DNA of 26,969 bases, taken from the IMG/VR virus record IMGVR_UViG_3300020464_000022, positions 1 through 26,969 of that record; one strand, 5' to 3'. Each line of letters begins with the position of its first letter. The first letter of the stretch is position 1. Below, piece after piece: positions 24,086-26,969 of the stretch. Under the pieces are notes generated by a model. The model worked only from the letters and a program-made list of their open reading frames with translations. It was not told the origin of the DNA and searched no databases. The position numbers were made by a program, and so were the translations under genes. Source of the DNA: a virus. Taxonomy: Duplodnaviria; Caudoviricetes.

Positions 24086-25086
24086 CAGTAAATCCTTCCG
24101 GCTGGTGGACAGATAACCCAGGCGCCTGTTAGCTGTGCAATTTCTTTAGATTGAACAGGACAGCTTTCAACGAACCACTGTAATTTACGCTTCTTAAATT
24201 CATGTGCTTTGTATTTGCTGATTGCTCCGGGCTTGCTCCGCTCAGCCTCAGACTGCCACGGCCCCATCACAAGCTCATTATATTTGATGCCATGCTTCTT
24301 TAACCATACTTCTGTTATCTTGCGATCCTTTTCAAATCGAGCTGTGATAATTGCCGGGATCGTGTAGTTTCTTGGAAGGTGCAAAGGCACACATGGCTTG
24401 TTATGAGGTGGCTCCTGGTCCTCGCACAAGATGCCATCCATATCAAACGCACACTTTTCAACAAACTTGCTGTTGAAGAAATTCCACTCTAAGAAGTGTG
24501 GAGGTTCTAGCTCAACTCCAACCACGTCTATTTCAACCAGCTTTGCGTGAGGATTCTTGTACACTGCTCCAAACAGGTGTGGCTTTGGAAGTCTATGCTT
24601 CTTGCTTGTTGTTCCGAGCATCACTGTATCATCAACCAGCAACAAACGATTCATTCCATTCTTTACATCTTTAAACCTGCGACCATGCCCGCAATACAAT
24701 ACCTCTTTGGATTCGAGTGTATATAAAGGAAGGTTTAGATGAGTTGCAAGGATGCTGGCTGGAAGCATTCCAGATCTCGGAATACCACAGATTCCAGTAA
24801 CTGATGGTGGAATATGCTTAACCATTTGCAGAGTATCGGCTGCAAGCTGGCTGGTGGTAATCCACCGAGCATTGCTGAAAGCACTGGTAGGCATCAGGTT
24901 GTTTGCCTTTTGCCTCCTTTTATTACAGCCACCGCAAGGCTTCAAGCCAATTGCCTTTGTGACTCCTGCAATGGTGTCACCAAGACCTTTTTTCAGTGAG
25001 CAGTTGCGTCTGGTTGGCTTAGCTTTAACACGACCGCAATTGATGCAAGCCACACCGCTTTCATGCTTATTCCAGATGCAATCCAT
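24085..25086 (-). CDS. Cys-rich N-domain + type I phosphoribosyltransferase + HAD-like phosphatase fusion
   Basis: GLGDT...CGGC.KRR module; PRTase GIPRSG and LLVDDTVMLGTT; HAD motif I FDMDG, II IITAR, III YKA, IV-like FVES. Start re-called to ATG 25086 (TAATG). Confidence 0.8.
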   Translation of the reverse strand: MDCIWNKHESGVACINCGRVKAKPTRRNCSLKKGLGDTIAGVTKAIGLKPCGGCNKRRQKANNLMPTSAFSNARWITTSQLAADTLQMVKHIPPSVTGICGIPRSGMLPASILATHLNLPLYTLESKEVLYCGHGRRFKDVKNGMNRLLLVDDTVMLGTTSKKHRLPKPHLFGAVYKNPHAKLVEIDVVGVELEPPHFLEWNFFNSKFVEKCAFDMDGILCEDQEPPHNKPCVPLHLPRNYTIPAIITARFEKDRKITEVWLKKHGIKYNELVMGPWQSEAERSKPGAISKYKAHEFKKRKLQWFVESCPVQSKEIAQLTGAWVICPPAGRIY

Positions 25087-26333
25087 TAACCAACCTGCAC
25101 ACTCACAGTAACAACATCTGTTTTGCAATTTGTAGTGTTCATTGTTTCTGTCCAGGTCTCTGTGCCATCAAGCGCACAAGCTGCTGGATACGTTTGGCCT
25201 GAATCATACTGCCAGACGATACGCTTACTGCTGTGGCCTATTTCTAATATTTGCAATTCCCATAGAGCGTTATTCGTTGCTAAATCCTCGGAAACGCATA
25301 ACCTAACGGTCGTATATCGCGCACCCTGAAACTCTACGCCAGAAATTTCATAATCACACTCAAAGAACGTGGTTGCATAACCAGCTTCAAATTCCCAGCA
25401 GCAGCCCCATGTCTGCGTGACTGTATAAACATCATCAACATCAGTACAATCCAAACAAAAGCCACCGCCGGTAGTGCTTGGATTGCTATCCTCAAAACCA
25501 TCTAATGTTACATCGAATTCCATTGGCAGCGTATCACTACAGCACAACCGCTGGCAGGCTTCACAGTTGCTGTTTTCGTCTGCTGTACGCTCAAGCCAGA
25601 ATTCTTGTAAACGCATACCATAATCATCATCTGACCTGCTGCCGCCAATGTAGCCATAACCGCCCTTCATACCAACACCGGCCTGTTTTCCACCTTTATT
25701 TGTAATAGCCGCTTCCGCAAAGAACGATGTATCTTGGTCGTCAAATGGTGGCCAAGGATTACCATAAGATGCGCTTGCACTGAAGATGTTCAGCTGCATT
25801 GCAGTCGTTGACTTGCAAACGACAATATAAAGCTCAGGCCATCCGGCTAAATCACCAGAATCCACTTTTATAGTTCCACCAATTTGCGTATCACTGCCAG
25901 AGGATCTGTCATAGAACCGCACTTCAATTGAATCACCTGTGCGGCTGCCATCGTGATCTATATCAACATAGTGAAAGTTATCTTCATCAACGTAGTCCAC
26001 AACCATTCGTGCTGTCGCTGTATCTGTGGCTGTGGCCCACAGAAACTTGGCACCTACTACACAGTTATAAGGACTCTCTGTTATTTCAGTTTTGCAGATT
26101 AAAAAGCCATCACCGCAGGCATAACCGATCTCCCCAAAGGAAACGGTTGAATCAAACGCATCAGCAATCCAAGGAACACTACTGCTTGAAGGCTCCTCTA
26201 TCTCATGCCAGTAAGTGGAATATATATCATTGACCTCTGTTCCACGGCAATCATCGTGATAGATAATACACTCTTTGCAACAGCAATTAGGGTACCACCA
26301 TTTTCTGGACCACCACGGAAAAGGTGCAGGCAT
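25086..26333 (-). CDS. Cys-rich acidic beta protein, putative tail tip/receptor-binding protein
   Basis: About 20 Cys incl. N-terminal PNCCCKEC; aromatic/Thr-rich, lectin-like composition. Start re-called to ATG 26333 (TAATG). Confidence 0.6.
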   Translation of the reverse strand: MPAPFPWWSRKWWYPNCCCKECIIYHDDCRGTEVNDIYSTYWHEIEEPSSSSVPWIADAFDSTVSFGEIGYACGDGFLICKTEITESPYNCVVGAKFLWATATDTATARMVVDYVDEDNFHYVDIDHDGSRTGDSIEVRFYDRSSGSDTQIGGTIKVDSGDLAGWPELYIVVCKSTTAMQLNIFSASASYGNPWPPFDDQDTSFFAEAAITNKGGKQAGVGMKGGYGYIGGSRSDDDYGMRLQEFWLERTADENSNCEACQRLCCSDTLPMEFDVTLDGFEDSNPSTTGGGFCLDCTDVDDVYTVTQTWGCCWEFEAGYATTFFECDYEISGVEFQGARYTTVRLCVSEDLATNNALWELQILEIGHSSKRIVWQYDSGQTYPAACALDGTETWTETMNTTNCKTDVVTVSVQVG

Positions 26334-26969
26334 TATGCAGTCCCACAATCAATAGACAGCTGGATAATTCTGTAGTAATAACTGCCAGAGCTAAGGAGAT
26401 CATCCATAAACTGAGCAACTCCTGCTGTGCCATCAACGCCTTCAAAAAGATACGTGATTGGAGATGTATCAATTCGCCAATTCAAGACGGTTTCAATATC
26501 ACCAGGATGAATGCCATCAAGTGGTGTGAATGTGTCGTGAATATTCCAAACCGCATCAGACTGTGTATAACCAGCCGTATTATTAATGCCAAACAGAATA
26601 AACTTCGCAACTGTCTCACATTCAACCATGTGATATGCACCATTGATTAGCTCTGCGTATCCATAGCTGCCTTCCAAATCACTGCCGTCTGGATGTGTTC
26701 TCGGTCCCTTCGCAAACCTGAATCTACCCCAAGGATCATAAACAGTAATATCACCAGTATCAGTTGCTCCAAGAGTAAGACCATTGTCTGTTGAATCATC
26801 GTTTGCAGGATCAAATGCAAACTCTATTGAATCTGCCTCTGCAAAATAATACTGCACCTCTGTATCAGCGGGTCGCTTGTAGGCTTGGGGATCTTGATTA
26901 AGGCGAAAGCGTACCAGCTTCTCACCATTCCCCTGAATCACAAATCTGCCAGTAAGTGAGTTGCGCTGA
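26333..26969 (-). CDS. Tail-region protein (5' end truncated by window edge)
   Basis: Frame stays open upstream of the track's GTG 26941 to the window end (QRNSLTGRF-VIQG...); acidic beta-type composition. Confidence 0.65.
   Translation of the reverse strand, partial: QRNSLTGRFVIQGNGEKLVRFRLNQDPQAYKRPADTEVQYYFAEADSIEFAFDPANDDSTDNGLTLGATDTGDITVYDPWGRFRFAKGPRTHPDGSDLEGSYGYAELINGAYHMVECETVAKFILFGINNTAGYTQSDAVWNIHDTFTPLDGIHPGDIETVLNWRIDTSPITYLFEGVDGTAGVAQFMDDLLSSGSYYYRIIQLSIDCGTA

Noticed and set aside
25086-26969. Diversity-generating retroelement acting on tail genes
   Set aside because: No reverse transcriptase motif and no template/variable repeat pair seen in the window.

Overview
This is a ~27 kb piece of a tailed dsDNA phage (siphovirus-like, HK97-type head). 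Nearly every gene is on the minus strand. In transcription order (right to left): distal tail/accessory genes (a Cys-rich protein and a PRTase-HAD fusion), three small membrane proteins (holin-like), a middle module (HTH proteins, Sak4-like ATPase, DUF669 SSB-like protein, replication initiator with an internal iteron origin, DUF3310, SNase-like nuclease, resolvase), an AT-rich array of small genes with repeated translation-start leaders, and a lone plus-strand metallophosphoesterase. After that come HNH, a candidate cos site, ParB-like protein, C5 DNA methyltransferase, TerS, TerL, portal, protease, two inserted head-decoration-like genes, capsid, neck, tail tube, G/GT chaperones with a -1 frameshift, and tape measure. 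Both window ends break inside tail-region genes, consistent with a circularly permuted, nearly complete small genome. No integrase, endolysin, tRNA or CRISPR was recognised. The most notable observation is a ~155 nt multi-hairpin non-coding element (19237-19390) whose loops are complementary to the leaders of the small-gene array, a candidate multi-target antisense RNA shut-off system. All product calls come from motifs and synteny read by eye; no database searches were run.
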